NCBI GenBank assembly: GCA_963665325.3
Contig: CAXXWS020000004.1
Coordinates: forward strand, 32,001-96,000
DNA: 64,000 bases
DNA from: Alphaproteobacteria bacterium
Lineage (GTDB): Bacteria > Pseudomonadota > Alphaproteobacteria > Bin95
Direction of reading: 5' to 3'
Shown one piece after another: positions 38,255-49,311 of this stretch (its first letter is position 1; each line of letters opens with the position of its first letter). A program made the translations under genes and the position numbers. The notes below the pieces were generated by a model. The model was not told the origin of the DNA, did no database searches, and was given only the letters and a program-made list of their open reading frames with translations.

Positions 38255-39521
38255 GCGACTCGCGGGCGGCGTCGAGGGTGTGCGCGATGTCGTCGTCGCT
38301 ATGGACCACGGAGAGGTAGAATTTGCTCTGCCCCTTGAATATGCCGCGCGCGCGCAGCCCCGCGTTGAAGGCATTGGTCTTGGCCGCATCGGCGCGCATG
38401 GTGGCGCGATAGTCCGCAACCTCGCCGCCGGCGAAGATGACGTCGAACATGGGCGGCGAGCCCAGAACCTGCCCTTCGTGTCCACTCTCACGCAGCAGCG
38501 TCTCCAGCCCGTCGATCAGGGCCTCGCCGATCTGCTCGTGACGCTCGTAGACGCCGGGCCGGCCCAGCACCTCCAGCGTCTTCAACCCGGCGACTGCGGC
38601 GACCGGATTGCCGCTCAGTGTGCCGATCTGCTGCGCGAAACGGTCGCCGTCCACGCGCCCGGCGTCGAAATGCGCCATGATGTCATCGCGACCCGCAATG
38701 GCAGCCAGCGGATAGCCGCCGCCCACTACCTTGCCGAGCGAGCACATGTCGGGCGTCACGCCGTAACGCTCCTGCGCGCCGCCGCGCGCGAAGCGGAAGC
38801 CGGTCACGACCTCGTCGAAGATCAGCACCACGCCGGTCTCCTCCGTAACCTCGCGCAAGGCTTCAAGGAAGCCGGGCTTAGGCGGGATCAGGCGCTGGAA
38901 CGGCTCGGCGATGACGGCCGCCAGTTCGTCGGCATGGTCGCGGATGAGCTGCACCGCCGTTTCGGTGTCGTTGTAAGGCGCGATCAGCACTTCGTCGCGG
39001 ACGCCCGCGGGAATGCCGGCGCTGTCCGGCGCAGCCTGCGGGAAATTGCCGGGCCGCTTCGGCGCCATCGACATGAGCGCATAGTCGTTCATGCCGTGGA
39101 AGCCACCCTCGAACTTCAGGATCTTGTCGCGGCCGCGGAAGGCGCGGGCGATGCGCATGGCGTAGAAGGTGGCCTCGCTGCCGCTGGAGACGAAGCGCAC
39201 CTTCTCCGCGCAGGCGACGCGCTCCGTCACGGCCTCGGCAAGCCGGATGCCGTGCTCGTTGTTGGCGAAGAAGGTCGTGCCGCGACCTACCTGTTCGATC
39301 ACCGCCTCGACCACTTCGGGATGGCAATGTCCCGCCAGCATCGGCCCGGAGCCGAGCAGGTAGTCGACATATTCATTGCCCGAGACGTCCCAGACATGGC
39401 TGCCCTGCCCGGAGCGGATGACGATCTCGAATGGCACATTGCCGAAACTGCCGGCCGGCAGCACGCGGCGCGCGGTCTCGCGCAGTGCGGTTTCCTCGGC
39501 GGTAAGCACGGGTTCAGCCAT
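38238..39521 (-). CDS. Class III aminotransferase (HemL-like)
   Basis: SSGSEAT, FDEVVTGFR, LGKVVGGG, GTLSGNP. Confidence 0.88.
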   Translation of the reverse strand: MAEPVLTAEETALRETARRVLPAGSFGNVPFEIVIRSGQGSHVWDVSGNEYVDYLLGSGPMLAGHCHPEVVEAVIEQVGRGTTFFANNEHGIRLAEAVTERVACAEKVRFVSSGSEATFYAMRIARAFRGRDKILKFEGGFHGMNDYALMSMAPKRPGNFPQAAPDSAGIPAGVRDEVLIAPYNDTETAVQLIRDHADELAAVIAEPFQRLIPPKPGFLEALREVTEETGVVLIFDEVVTGFRFARGGAQERYGVTPDMCSLGKVVGGGYPLAAIAGRDDIMAHFDAGRVDGDRFAQQIGTLSGNPVAAVAGLKTLEVLGRPGVYERHEQIGEALIDGLETLLRESGHEGQVLGSPPMFDVIFAGGEVADYRATMRADAAKTNAFNAGLRARGIFKGQSKFYLSVVHSDDDIAHTLDAARESLKELS

Positions 39522-40128
39522 TGCGCTTCCTCTCGATTGCTGCCCGGACCAGCTCCAGGCGGTCATTGCCGAAATACATGTCGTCGCCGTCGAGGAAGAA
39601 AGTCGGCGAGCCGTAACCGCCCCGCTCGATCAGCTCGTCCGTCGTGTCGAACAGCTTCTGCTTGACCCCCGGGTCGGCGATGGCGGCGAAGAAGCGCTGC
39701 TTGTCGAGGCCTGCCGCCTCGACGACCTCGGCCAGCACGTCCTCCTGGCCTATATCCCGGTCGTCGCGCCAATAGGCCTCGAAGCAGCCGCGCGCGAAGG
39801 CGGACACCTTGCCCTCGTCGATGGCGTGGAAGCAGCCGCGCATGGCCTTCACCGAGTTGACGGGGAAGACCGAGGGCTTGCCGATGACGATGCCCTCGTA
39901 GCGGGCCCAATCGTCCATGTCCTTGCGGTAGTAGGCGTCCTTCGGCGGGACGGGATTCTCGCGGCGCTGATAGACGCTCGGGTTCACCTTGTTGAAGACG
40001 CCGCCCACCAGGAACGGCTTCCAGACCAGGTTCGCGTCCAACTCGTCGCAGAAATCCTCGACGCGGTGGAAGGCGAGATAGGTCCACGGGCTGGAGACGT
40101 CGAAGAAGAACTCTAGGGTGTTGCTCAT
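39514..40128 (-). CDS. 2-hydroxychromene-2-carboxylate isomerase/DsbA-like
   Basis: FFDVSSPWTYLA, GSPTF, FGNDRL. Confidence 0.88.
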   Translation of the reverse strand: MSNTLEFFFDVSSPWTYLAFHRVEDFCDELDANLVWKPFLVGGVFNKVNPSVYQRRENPVPPKDAYYRKDMDDWARYEGIVIGKPSVFPVNSVKAMRGCFHAIDEGKVSAFARGCFEAYWRDDRDIGQEDVLAEVVEAAGLDKQRFFAAIADPGVKQKLFDTTDELIERGGYGSPTFFLDGDDMYFGNDRLELVRAAIERKRNG

Positions 40129-40143
40129 GGTCTCGCGGGACTC

Positions 40144-40911
40144 CTAGCGGGAGACGGCGCCGCCGTCGATGGTGACGACGGTGCCCGAAATGTGCTTGGC
40201 GCGCTCCGAGGCGAGGAAAACGACGAGGTCGGCGCAGTCCTCCGATTCGCCCGGCGGCGGGTTGGTCGGCATGCATTCCTGCCAGCGTTCCTCGTCACCC
40301 AATTGGTCGAGCGCCTGGGCACGCATGATTGTGGTGAGGCGCTCTGTCAGGATCGGGCCTGGATTGACGCCGACGATGCGGAAGCCGTCATCGGGGCTCT
40401 TGCCGCCAAGCGCGCGGGTGAACGCGATGAGGCCTGCATTGCCGCCGGCGCCCGCGATATAGCCGGCCGACGGACGCTCGCCGCCTGTGCCCACGACATT
40501 GACGATCACGCCCGCGCCCTTCGCCGCAAAGACCGGATAGAGCTCCCGGCACATGTTGATATAGCCGAAGACCTTGAGGTCCCACGCCTCGCGCCAGCGC
40601 TCTTCGTCGATCGCGTGGATCGGCCCGCCGGGAATCGCGCCCGCATTGTTGACGACGATGTCCAAGCCTTCGCCGGTCTCGGCGACCAGGCGTTTGACAT
40701 TGCCGCCGTCGGAAAGGTCGAGCGGATGGATCGTCACCGCGACATTATGCCGGCCGCGGATGGCCTCGCGCGCGCGTTCGAGATCGGCCTTCGTGCGGGC
40801 CACCAGGTGCAGGTTGCAGCCCTCCTCTGCGAAGAGTTCGGCGCAGGCAAGCCCGATGCCTTTCGAGGCGCCGGTAATGAGCACGGTTTTCCCGGCCAGT
40901 CGCAGGTCCAT
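40144..40911 (-). CDS. SDR family oxidoreductase
   Basis: TGASKGIG, NNAG. Confidence 0.88.
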   Translation of the reverse strand: MDLRLAGKTVLITGASKGIGLACAELFAEEGCNLHLVARTKADLERAREAIRGRHNVAVTIHPLDLSDGGNVKRLVAETGEGLDIVVNNAGAIPGGPIHAIDEERWREAWDLKVFGYINMCRELYPVFAAKGAGVIVNVVGTGGERPSAGYIAGAGGNAGLIAFTRALGGKSPDDGFRIVGVNPGPILTERLTTIMRAQALDQLGDEERWQECMPTNPPPGESEDCADLVVFLASERAKHISGTVVTIDGGAVSR

Positions 40912-41186
40912 TGGATAGGGTTCCTTTCCCCGGTCATCGTCTTCGGTTCCGGCGAAGGGAACACCGGATAGGCGCGGACGGCAAGGCCGCTCGACCCCGC
41001 TAGACGGCCGACCATTTGTCATACCGTTATGCATAAGTATGATACCGCCAATCGCTGCAACGTGGGCCGGCGGCATGAATTCCGCCCATTTCCGAAACGC
41101 TGCGGCGAAGGCGAGGCGAAACCGTCTGAAATCTGTCGCAATCGACGATTACGTTGTCCTGACGACACTGCAAAGGAGCAGATGCC

Positions 41187-42182
41187 ATGAGAAAGCTCAT
41201 CCCCACCACCGCACTGGCCGCGGCCGCCCTGGTCGGCGCCAGTCTCGTCGCCGGCGGTGCGGCTGCCCAGGAAAAGACCTTCATCTCCATCGGCACAGGC
41301 GGCCCGACGGGCGTCTATTTTGTGGTCGGCAACTCCGTGTGCCGCATGGTGCACAAGGAAGCCGCCGAGGGCCGCAAGAAGGGCCGCAAGCACGGCATCC
41401 GTTGCGCCGCGCCGTCCACCGGCGGTTCGACGTACAATATCGGCCAGATCTGCGCGGGCGAGCTCGAATTCGGCGTCGCCCAGTCGGACTGGCAGTTCCA
41501 TGCGGTCAACGGCAGCTCGGAGAAGGTCACGAATTGCCCCGGTCTGCGCGCCGTTTTCTCGGCCCATCCCGAGCCCTTTCACCTGATCGCCGCGGACGGC
41601 TCCGGCATCGATTCCTTCACCGGCGCCAAGGGCAAGCGGATGAATATCGGCAATCCCGGTTCGGGCCAGCGCGGCACGACCGAGGTGCTGATGGAAGGTC
41701 ACGGCATGAGCGCGGACGATTTCGCGGTGGCAACCGAGCTGACCTCGTCCGAACAGTCTCAGGCACTCTGCGACGGCAAGATCGATGCCTACGGCTACAC
41801 GGTCGGCGTGCCGAATTCCGGTGTGGCCGTGGCGACCGATGGATGCGGAGCCCACATCGTCAACCTCAACAGCGACGTCGAGAAGAAGCTGGTGGCGGAC
41901 AACCCCTACTATGCGTTCGCGACGATCCCGGCCGGCACCTACAAAACGACTGCCGAAGACGTAACGACCTTCGGCGTCATGGCGACCTTCGTCACGCATG
42001 AGAATGTGCCCGAGCAGGTGGTTTATGAGGTCACCCGCGCGGTGATGGAGAACCTGGACGACTTCCGGTCCCTGCATCCCGCCTTCGCCAATCTCGATCC
42101 GGCGATGATGATGGTGGACGGGCTCTCTGCGCCGCTGCATCCCGGCGCCGAGAAGTACTACAAGGAAAAGGGCCTGAAATAG
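41187..42182 (+). CDS. TAXI family TRAP solute-binding protein
   Basis: IGTGGPTGVY, STGGS, AQSD, PLHPGA.KYY. Confidence 0.93.
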   Translation: MRKLIPTTALAAAALVGASLVAGGAAAQEKTFISIGTGGPTGVYFVVGNSVCRMVHKEAAEGRKKGRKHGIRCAAPSTGGSTYNIGQICAGELEFGVAQSDWQFHAVNGSSEKVTNCPGLRAVFSAHPEPFHLIAADGSGIDSFTGAKGKRMNIGNPGSGQRGTTEVLMEGHGMSADDFAVATELTSSEQSQALCDGKIDAYGYTVGVPNSGVAVATDGCGAHIVNLNSDVEKKLVADNPYYAFATIPAGTYKTTAEDVTTFGVMATFVTHENVPEQVVYEVTRAVMENLDDFRSLHPAFANLDPAMMMVDGLSAPLHPGAEKYYKEKGLK

Positions 42183-42307
42183 CCTCGGTCCCCGGCGGCC
42201 GGCGCTCCGAAAGGGCGCCGGCCGTTTCCATTTGAGTATCCATCGCCCCGCAGGACGGCGGCCGAGCGCGCTACGGCCTTGCGGCAGCGGGAAATGGCGG
42301 TCCGAAC

Positions 42308-44653
42308 GTGGCGAAGCCGCCTGACGACAATGACAAACCCCTGGAGGAATTGGAATTCCAGGGCCGCCGGCAAGGGCCCCGGCTCGCCGTAGCGGTCAGC
42401 GCGCTCTGTTTCGCGTGGTCGATCTACCAATTGTGGATCGCCTCTCCTTTCCCCTTCATGTTCAACTTCGCCATCATCGGCGACGTTCCCGCCCGCGGCA
42501 TTCATCTGTCCTTCGCCCTGCTGTTATGCTTCCTGATCTACCCGGTGTCGCGCAGCCGGGCGGAGCATGGCCTGCCCCTCCACGATATCGCCTGCGCCGT
42601 GCTCGGCTGCCTGGCCGCCCTCTATCTGTTTTTCGGATGGGATGGCCTCGTCGCCCGGCAAGGCGTGCTCCATGTCTGGAACGGCATCCCGGTCGAGGCG
42701 ATTCTCGGCGGTGTCGGTATCGTGCTGCTGCTCGAGTCCGCGCGCCGCGCGGTCGGCACGCCGCTGGTCATCGTCTGCGTCGTTTTCCTGGTCTATTCGA
42801 TCTTCGGCCAGGTGATGCCGGATATCGTCTCGCACAAGGGCCTCAGCCCGAACCGGCTGATCGGCTACCAATGGCTGACCGGCGAGGCCGTCTTCGGCAT
42901 CCCGCTCAGCGTCTCGGTCAGTTTCGTGTTCCTGTTCGTGCTGTTCGGCGCGCTGCTCGACAAGGCGGGAGCCGGCAAGTATTTCCTCGCGCTTTCCTTC
43001 GCCATGGTGGGCCGGTACAGCGGCGGCCCGGCCAAGGGGGCGATCCTCGCCTCCGGCATGACGGGCATGATCTCCGGTTCGTCCATTGCCAATGTCGTCA
43101 CCACCGGCACCTTCACCATTCCCGTGATGCGCCGGATCGGCATGCCGGCGATCAAAGCGGGCGCCATAGAAGTCGCCGCATCGACGAACGGCCAGATCAT
43201 GCCGCCGATCATGGGAGCGGCAGCGTTCATCATCGCCGAGTTCATCGGCATCTCATATGTCGACGTGGTGATAGCAGCGGCGATCCCGGCGGCGCTCAGC
43301 TATATCGCGCTGTTCTACATCTCCCATCTGGAGGCGCAGAAGCTGGGGCTTTCCGGGCTCCCCGCCGCTGAGGTCCCTCCCCTCTGGACGACCTTCCTGA
43401 GCGGCCTGCACTACCTCATTCCCATCGTCATCCTGGTCTATCTGCTGATGGTGGAACGCTGGAGCGCGCATAGCGCGGTGTTCTATTCCATCCTCTCGCT
43501 GATGGGGATCATCCTCGCCCGCCGGATCGTCGGCGCAATACGGGGAAACGGCATCGCCGTCCTCGACGCCGTGGCGCAGGGCCTGGCCGAAATCTATGCC
43601 GGCATGGTCGCCGGGGCGCGCAACATGATCGGGATCGCGGTGGCCGTGGCCGCAGCGGGCGTCATTGTGGGCGCGGTGTCCTCGACCGGCCTCAACAACG
43701 CCATGGTCGGTGTGGTCGAGGCGATTGCCGGCAGCAATGTCTATGTCCTTCTGGGACTAACCGCGGTGCTTTGCATCGTGCTCGGCATGGGGCTGCCGAC
43801 GACCGCAAACTACCTGGTCGTCGCCTCCCTGCTCGGCGGCGTGCTGGTGGAGCTCGGCAGCGCATCCGGCCTTGTCCTGCCGCTGATCGCCGTTCACCTC
43901 TACGTCTTCTATTACGGGCTTCTGGCGGATTCGACACCGCCCGTATGCCTCGCGGCATTCGCTGCCTCAGCCATCTCGAGGGCGGACCCGTTGAAGACCG
44001 GCGTGCAGTCCTTCCTCTACGACATCCGCACCGCTGTCCTACCGCTGGTGTTCCTGTTCAACACCGAATTATTGCTGATCGGCATCGAGAGCATCTGGCA
44101 CGGAGCCCTCGTCGTGCTCATGTCGCTGTTCGCCATTCTGGCGTTCAGCTCACTCACCCAGGGCTGGATGCTGGTCCGGGTCAGGTGGTACGAGGGAGCA
44201 CTGCTCGCCGTGGCCTGCTTCATGCTGTTTCGCCCCGACTTCTTCATGGACCAGGTCGCGCCGCCCTATGAGCCGGTCGACTTCGAATCGTTCTTGTCGG
44301 GTGAGTTTGCGCCCGTGCCGGAACGGCATGTCCGGCTGCATGTGACGCGGGAGACCCACTACGGGGACCGTTACAAATTATTCGCCCTGAAGACCCCCGA
44401 AAACCCGGCCGGCAGCGCGGCGGAAACCTTCGGGCTCCGGCTCGACCGCGAGGACGACGGGCGCCATGCCGTGGCCGATCTGGCCTTCAACGGCATGGCG
44501 GAGCAGGCCGGGCTGGATTGGGGCGACTATGTGACTGGCGTCGATATCGAGCAGACGGACCTGCCGCCCAAGGAGCTGGTCTATCCCCTCGGCATGGCGC
44601 TGCTCGGCCTCGTCGGCCTCTCCCAGCTTCGGCGCCGCCGGCAGACCGCCTGA
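42308..44653 (+). CDS. TRAP 4TM/12TM fused permease
   Basis: GPAK, SGSSIAN, PPIMGAAAF, GMGLPT. Confidence 0.93.
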   Translation: MAKPPDDNDKPLEELEFQGRRQGPRLAVAVSALCFAWSIYQLWIASPFPFMFNFAIIGDVPARGIHLSFALLLCFLIYPVSRSRAEHGLPLHDIACAVLGCLAALYLFFGWDGLVARQGVLHVWNGIPVEAILGGVGIVLLLESARRAVGTPLVIVCVVFLVYSIFGQVMPDIVSHKGLSPNRLIGYQWLTGEAVFGIPLSVSVSFVFLFVLFGALLDKAGAGKYFLALSFAMVGRYSGGPAKGAILASGMTGMISGSSIANVVTTGTFTIPVMRRIGMPAIKAGAIEVAASTNGQIMPPIMGAAAFIIAEFIGISYVDVVIAAAIPAALSYIALFYISHLEAQKLGLSGLPAAEVPPLWTTFLSGLHYLIPIVILVYLLMVERWSAHSAVFYSILSLMGIILARRIVGAIRGNGIAVLDAVAQGLAEIYAGMVAGARNMIGIAVAVAAAGVIVGAVSSTGLNNAMVGVVEAIAGSNVYVLLGLTAVLCIVLGMGLPTTANYLVVASLLGGVLVELGSASGLVLPLIAVHLYVFYYGLLADSTPPVCLAAFAASAISRADPLKTGVQSFLYDIRTAVLPLVFLFNTELLLIGIESIWHGALVVLMSLFAILAFSSLTQGWMLVRVRWYEGALLAVACFMLFRPDFFMDQVAPPYEPVDFESFLSGEFAPVPERHVRLHVTRETHYGDRYKLFALKTPENPAGSAAETFGLRLDREDDGRHAVADLAFNGMAEQAGLDWGDYVTGVDIEQTDLPPKELVYPLGMALLGLVGLSQLRRRRQTA

Positions 44654-44679
44654 TCCAACGCTGTGGCCGCTGAGTGCGT

Positions 44680-45849
44680 TCAGCAAGCGCCGGCGAAGAG
44701 TTCCGGCGGGTCGGCCGCATCCGCCGGCACGAGGTCGGCGGCCCCGAGCCCGATCAGCCGGAAGGCCCGGCCATCCGCTTCCGGCCCGAGAAGCTGCTCT
44801 GCCTCTTCCAGCAGGCGGTCTTCGCGCTGCGTGGCGAAGGCAAGCGCGTGGCTGCGGGTCTGCGTGCGGAAATCCGCCGTCTTGAGCTTCAGGACGACGG
44901 CGCCGGCCGCGAGGCCGGCCGTGTCCAGGCGCGCGGCAACGGTCCGGGCCAGCGGCGGCAGGGCGCGGGCGAGGTCGTCATAGGCGTTGCGGTCGGTTTC
45001 GAAGGTGGTTTCGGCGGAAATGCTGCGCGTCTCGCTGACGGGCTGGACGCGCCGGTCGTCCAGGCCGCGCGCAAAGCTGTAGAGCCGGCGCCCGAACACG
45101 CCGAACCGGGCCGTCAACTCCGCTTCCGTCCACCGGCGCAGATCCGCGACCGTAAGCATGCCCTCGGCCCGGAGCCGGCGCGCCATTGCAGCGCCAACGC
45201 CGGGGATGATTGCAACCGGCTTCTCGGCCAGGAAATCGGGCGCTTCTTCCGGGCCGATCACCGCGAAACCGCGCGGCTTGTCGAGGTCCGAGGCGATTTT
45301 GGCGAGGAACTTGTTGGCGGCGAGTCCGACCGAAACCGTGATGCCGACCTCGTCCTCGATCCGCCGGACGAGCCGGACGGCAGCGGCGGCCGGTACCTCG
45401 TGTTCCCTCAGGTCCAGAAACGCCTCGTCGATGGAGATCGGCTCGACCTGGGGCGTCACCTCGCGCATGAGGCTCCGAACCTCGCGCCCCACCTTGCGGT
45501 ATTTCGCCATGTCCGGCCGCAGCACGACCGCGTGCGGGCAGGCGTCGAGCGCCTTGTACATCGCCATGGCCGAACGCACGCCAAAACGACGCGAGACATA
45601 GCAGGCCGCGGCGACGACGCCGCGCCGCCCGCCGCCGATCACAACCGGGCGGTCGGCAAGGCTCGGGTCGTCCCGTTTTTCGATGGCGGCGTAGAAAGCA
45701 TCGCAGTCCAGATGCGCAATGCCGACGCGGCCGATCTCGGGATGGGCAGCGAAGCGGGGCGAATGGCAGTATGGGCAGCGGGGCGGAACCGGGGCGCCCG
45801 CGCAGCGGCCACAATTCCGGCAGACGGCAGCGACCTCGCCGGCGTCCAT
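44680..45849 (-). CDS. dinB: DNA polymerase IV with N-terminal Zn ribbon
   Basis: HLDCDAFYA, SIDEAFLD, NKFLAKIASD; CRNC...CPYC. Confidence 0.93.
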   Translation of the reverse strand: MDAGEVAAVCRNCGRCAGAPVPPRCPYCHSPRFAAHPEIGRVGIAHLDCDAFYAAIEKRDDPSLADRPVVIGGGRRGVVAAACYVSRRFGVRSAMAMYKALDACPHAVVLRPDMAKYRKVGREVRSLMREVTPQVEPISIDEAFLDLREHEVPAAAAVRLVRRIEDEVGITVSVGLAANKFLAKIASDLDKPRGFAVIGPEEAPDFLAEKPVAIIPGVGAAMARRLRAEGMLTVADLRRWTEAELTARFGVFGRRLYSFARGLDDRRVQPVSETRSISAETTFETDRNAYDDLARALPPLARTVAARLDTAGLAAGAVVLKLKTADFRTQTRSHALAFATQREDRLLEEAEQLLGPEADGRAFRLIGLGAADLVPADAADPPELFAGAC

Positions 45850-45905
45850 GAAAACCCGTCCGAAGAGTAAGCCCGCGCCTGCGTCAGGCGAAGCGGCTTC
45901 CGCCG

Positions 45906-46073
45906 CTACTTCATCTTCTGTTCCTTGAAGACGACATGCTTGCGGGCGATGGGGTCGAATTTGCGGATCTCGAGCTTCTCGGTCTTCGTCCGCGGGTTTT
46001 TCTTTGTGACATAGAAATAGCCCGTGTCGGCCGTGCTGACGAGTTTCACCATGACGGTTGCCGGCTTGGCCAT
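45906..46073 (-). CDS. rpmG: 50S ribosomal protein L33
   Basis: Read manually: [55 protein letters not shown] (absent from the ORF track, <60 aa). Confidence 0.95.
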   Translation of the reverse strand: MAKPATVMVKLVSTADTGYFYVTKKNPRTKTEKLEIRKFDPIARKHVVFKEQKMK

Positions 46074-46160
46074 CGCATGTGCCTCCGCTGCAAAACTGGA
46101 ACGACGGGAACCTAGAGCCCGGCCTGCCGGGTGTCAAACCGCCTTCGGCTGCCACCCGAC

Positions 46161-49100
46161 CTATTCGTGCCGGCCGTCGGCGATCATCACCATCGCCGGC
46201 AGAAGGAACAGCACGAATATCCCCGCAAACACGAGGCCGCCCAGCATGCTGGCCACGAACGGCACCAGGAAGAGCAGCGCATCGCTCCGTTCGTACAGCA
46301 GTGGAGAGAGACCGAGCACGGTTGTCAGACTGGTGAGCAATACGGCCCGGAAGCGGTGGCGTGTTGCTGCCGCCGCGGCCGCAATCGCGGGCAAAGCCTC
46401 GTTGTCCCGGCGGATGATGTTGTAGCGGTCAAGCAGCACCAGCGCGTCGTTCACGACGACGCCCGAAACGGCGACGATGCCGAATACCGACATGAAGCTG
46501 AAATCCCAGCCGAGTATCCAGTGCGTCAGCACCGCGCCTGCAAAGGCGGCCGGGATTCCGGCAGCCGCGACCAGCGGCTTCCAGTAACTGCGCAGGAACG
46601 CCGCCATGACCGCATACATGGCGATCAGCGCAAGCGGCACCAGCGTGCCCAGCGTTTGCAGCACCCGCCGCTCATTTCGCGCCCCGCCGTCCCGCTCTAT
46701 CGCGAGGCCGGGATTTTCGGCGCGCAGTTCCTGCACGACACCGTCCTCGATCAGCCGGCGGGCCTGAATCGGCGTGATGACCGCAGCGTCGGCCTTCGCC
46801 TCGACGAAGACCGCCGGCTTGCCGTCGATCCGCGTCAGTTCGGCCAGTTCCTGTTTTTCCGTAAGCGTGGCCGCCACGGAGAGCGGAATCTCCCCGCCGC
46901 CGGGGCGCTGGATGCGCATCCCGGCAAGTTCCTTCAGGCTCCGCCGGCGTTCGGCGGGATATCTGACGACGACCTCGATTTCCTCGCGCCCCCGCTGGAT
47001 GCGCTGCGCCTCGGCGCCGTGAAGCCGGGCGCGCAACTGCGCTCCCAGAACCGCCGGAGAGAGCCCCGCCGCCTTGCCGGCCGGCGTCAGCTCTATCTCG
47101 AGCTGCCGCTTGCCCGGCGAAAGATTGTCGTAAACGCCGTAAACGCCGGGTATCGCAGCAAGCGCCGAGCGCAGTTCTTGCGCGGCGTTCTGCGACAGCT
47201 CCGGATCGTCATGCCGAATCGAGTAGGCGAGATTCGGCCTGATCTTGCTCCGGCTCGACACATATTCCACATGTTCCAGGCTCGAAACATCGCCGACGCG
47301 CGACCGCCATGCACGCTCCACTTCGCTCGGCTGCGCAATGCGGACAGGACGGCGGTAGAGATGAGCCCTAACCGTCGCCACGTGGTTGCCTCTGACTTCA
47401 GCGTCTCCGGGCCGGGTCGAGAGGATCCTCCCGACGACGATGCTGACCGACTTGATCGACGAGCCTTCCAGATCGTCGTTCACGCCCTGCGCCGCATCCC
47501 TGAAACGCTCGGCGGCGGCAAGCGTCGCCTCGAAAGGCGAGCCGGCCGGCAAGCGCAGCTCGACCTGGACCATGTTGGAAACGCTCGCCCTTGCCTCGGC
47601 GAACAGGACCCGAACCGCATCGTAGCGCAGTAGCAGCACCGCGCACGCCACAACAACGATGCCGATAGCGACCGCCGCCCAGACATGGCGCACCGACCAG
47701 GAGACGGTAGCCGACACCACGCTGTCGCGAATGCCATCGAGCCATCTGCTGACCGTCCCCTGGTAGGTGCTCAGCGGCCGCGCGCTCCACGGCCTGTCAT
47801 GCGACAGATGCGCGGGCAGGATGAAGAACGCCTCCACCAGGGAGACCGCGAGCACGAACAGCGCCACGAAGGGAATTACACGAATGATCTGCCAGCTGCC
47901 TTCGGTAATGAACAGGAGGGGCGCCAGCGCAATAAGTGTCGTTGCCGCGCCGACAACCAGCGGCCCGGCCACGGCCCTTGCGCCCGAAATTGCCGCGGCA
48001 AGCGCCGACCCGCCGCCGCTTTTCTCCGTGGCGATGCTTTCTCCGACGACAACGGCGTCGTCCACGACAATGCCGACCATCAGGAAGAACGCGAACAAAG
48101 TGCCCATGTTCAGCGTCATGTCGGCCGGCGCAAAGAAAATCAACGACCCGACAAAGGCCAGAGGGATGCCGAACGACGTCCAGAAAGCCACCCGGAGATC
48201 GAATACCGCGACCAGACAGATGAACACCAGAACCGCACCGATGACAGCGTTCCCGAGGACCCTCGTTAACCGCTCGACAGTCAGTTCGACCTTGTCGTCC
48301 CAGACTTCGACCGAAACATGCTGCGGTGGATTATAATCGCCAAGGAATTCGACAACGGTGTTTCTTATCTCCTTGGTCGATTGTCTTCCCGTCGCGCTTA
48401 ACCGAAGAAATACGGCCGGCATGCCGTCTAATTCAGCCAGGACCTTTTCATCGACGAAACTATCGCGAATTCTTGCGATATCATCGAGTGTAACCACTGT
48501 TCCGTCGAGTCTCGTTATGAGTGGTATATCCTTGAATTCCTCACTGTTTTCCCGCTTTTCCACGATCTGCAACACGACGCCACCTGCATCGGTTCGCAGT
48601 TCTCCGAATGTCAGGTTAAGCGAAGCACGCCTGATCGCCTGTCTTATGTCGCTGATATTGAGACGGTTCCGCCGCAGCTCTTCCTCGCTCAGCTCTATCG
48701 TTATCTCACGGTCCCGTGTACCTTCCAGCTGGATGTGCGAGACTGTTGGCAGTGCCAGGAGGGAATCGCGCAGGCTTTCTGCCGCAAGCCGGAGATCACT
48801 TTCGGTTGCCGCGCCGGAAGAAACCGCAATCGTTACGACATCGTTCCTCCATCGCAGAAGCCTGATCTCCGGCTGCTCCGTGTTCGGGGGTGGAAAATTC
48901 TCTATGGTGTCGATCGCATTTTCGACATCGTTCAGTACCGCCTCGTCGTCGGCGAAGGTTTCCAGCTCGACATTGATCAGACCGACGCCTTCCTTCGCAG
49001 TACTGACGACCCGGCTGACGCCGGATATGCCGACAATCGCTTCCTCGACCCGACGGTTTATGTCCTCCTGCACTTCTCTCGGCGACGCGCCGGGCGACGG

Positions 49101-49301
49101 AATCGTGACGGCGATGCGCCGCACGTCGAACTCCGGATAATTCTGGACCACAAGCTGCGAGCCGGCGATCGCGCCGGCGACGATCAGGAAGACCATCAGA
49201 AGATTGGCAGCGACGGGATTTGCCGCAAACCAGGCGATCGGGCCCCGAGGCACAGGCGTTCCGGACCCGCCGGCGCCTCCTCCAGCGTCGGTGTTGCTCA
49301 T
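46161..49301 (-). CDS. RND efflux permease (AcrB family)
   Basis: NPVAANLLM, GIVVDDAVVVGE, RFRAVLLTSLTT. Confidence 0.92.
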   Translation of the reverse strand: MSNTDAGGGAGGSGTPVPRGPIAWFAANPVAANLLMVFLIVAGAIAGSQLVVQNYPEFDVRRIAVTIPSPGASPREVQEDINRRVEEAIVGISGVSRVVSTAKEGVGLINVELETFADDEAVLNDVENAIDTIENFPPPNTEQPEIRLLRWRNDVVTIAVSSGAATESDLRLAAESLRDSLLALPTVSHIQLEGTRDREITIELSEEELRRNRLNISDIRQAIRRASLNLTFGELRTDAGGVVLQIVEKRENSEEFKDIPLITRLDGTVVTLDDIARIRDSFVDEKVLAELDGMPAVFLRLSATGRQSTKEIRNTVVEFLGDYNPPQHVSVEVWDDKVELTVERLTRVLGNAVIGAVLVFICLVAVFDLRVAFWTSFGIPLAFVGSLIFFAPADMTLNMGTLFAFFLMVGIVVDDAVVVGESIATEKSGGGSALAAAISGARAVAGPLVVGAATTLIALAPLLFITEGSWQIIRVIPFVALFVLAVSLVEAFFILPAHLSHDRPWSARPLSTYQGTVSRWLDGIRDSVVSATVSWSVRHVWAAVAIGIVVVACAVLLLRYDAVRVLFAEARASVSNMVQVELRLPAGSPFEATLAAAERFRDAAQGVNDDLEGSSIKSVSIVVGRILSTRPGDAEVRGNHVATVRAHLYRRPVRIAQPSEVERAWRSRVGDVSSLEHVEYVSSRSKIRPNLAYSIRHDDPELSQNAAQELRSALAAIPGVYGVYDNLSPGKRQLEIELTPAGKAAGLSPAVLGAQLRARLHGAEAQRIQRGREEIEVVVRYPAERRRSLKELAGMRIQRPGGGEIPLSVAATLTEKQELAELTRIDGKPAVFVEAKADAAVITPIQARRLIEDGVVQELRAENPGLAIERDGGARNERRVLQTLGTLVPLALIAMYAVMAAFLRSYWKPLVAAAGIPAAFAGAVLTHWILGWDFSFMSVFGIVAVSGVVVNDALVLLDRYNIIRRDNEALPAIAAAAAATRHRFRAVLLTSLTTVLGLSPLLYERSDALLFLVPFVASMLGGLVFAGIFVLFLLPAMVMIADGRHE

Positions 49302-49311
49302 GCGCGGCCCC

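Noticed and set aside
41021-41040. Palindrome TTATGCATAA between the divergent SDR and TAXI genes
   Set aside because: Plausible operator but too short to assign; no regulator nearby.
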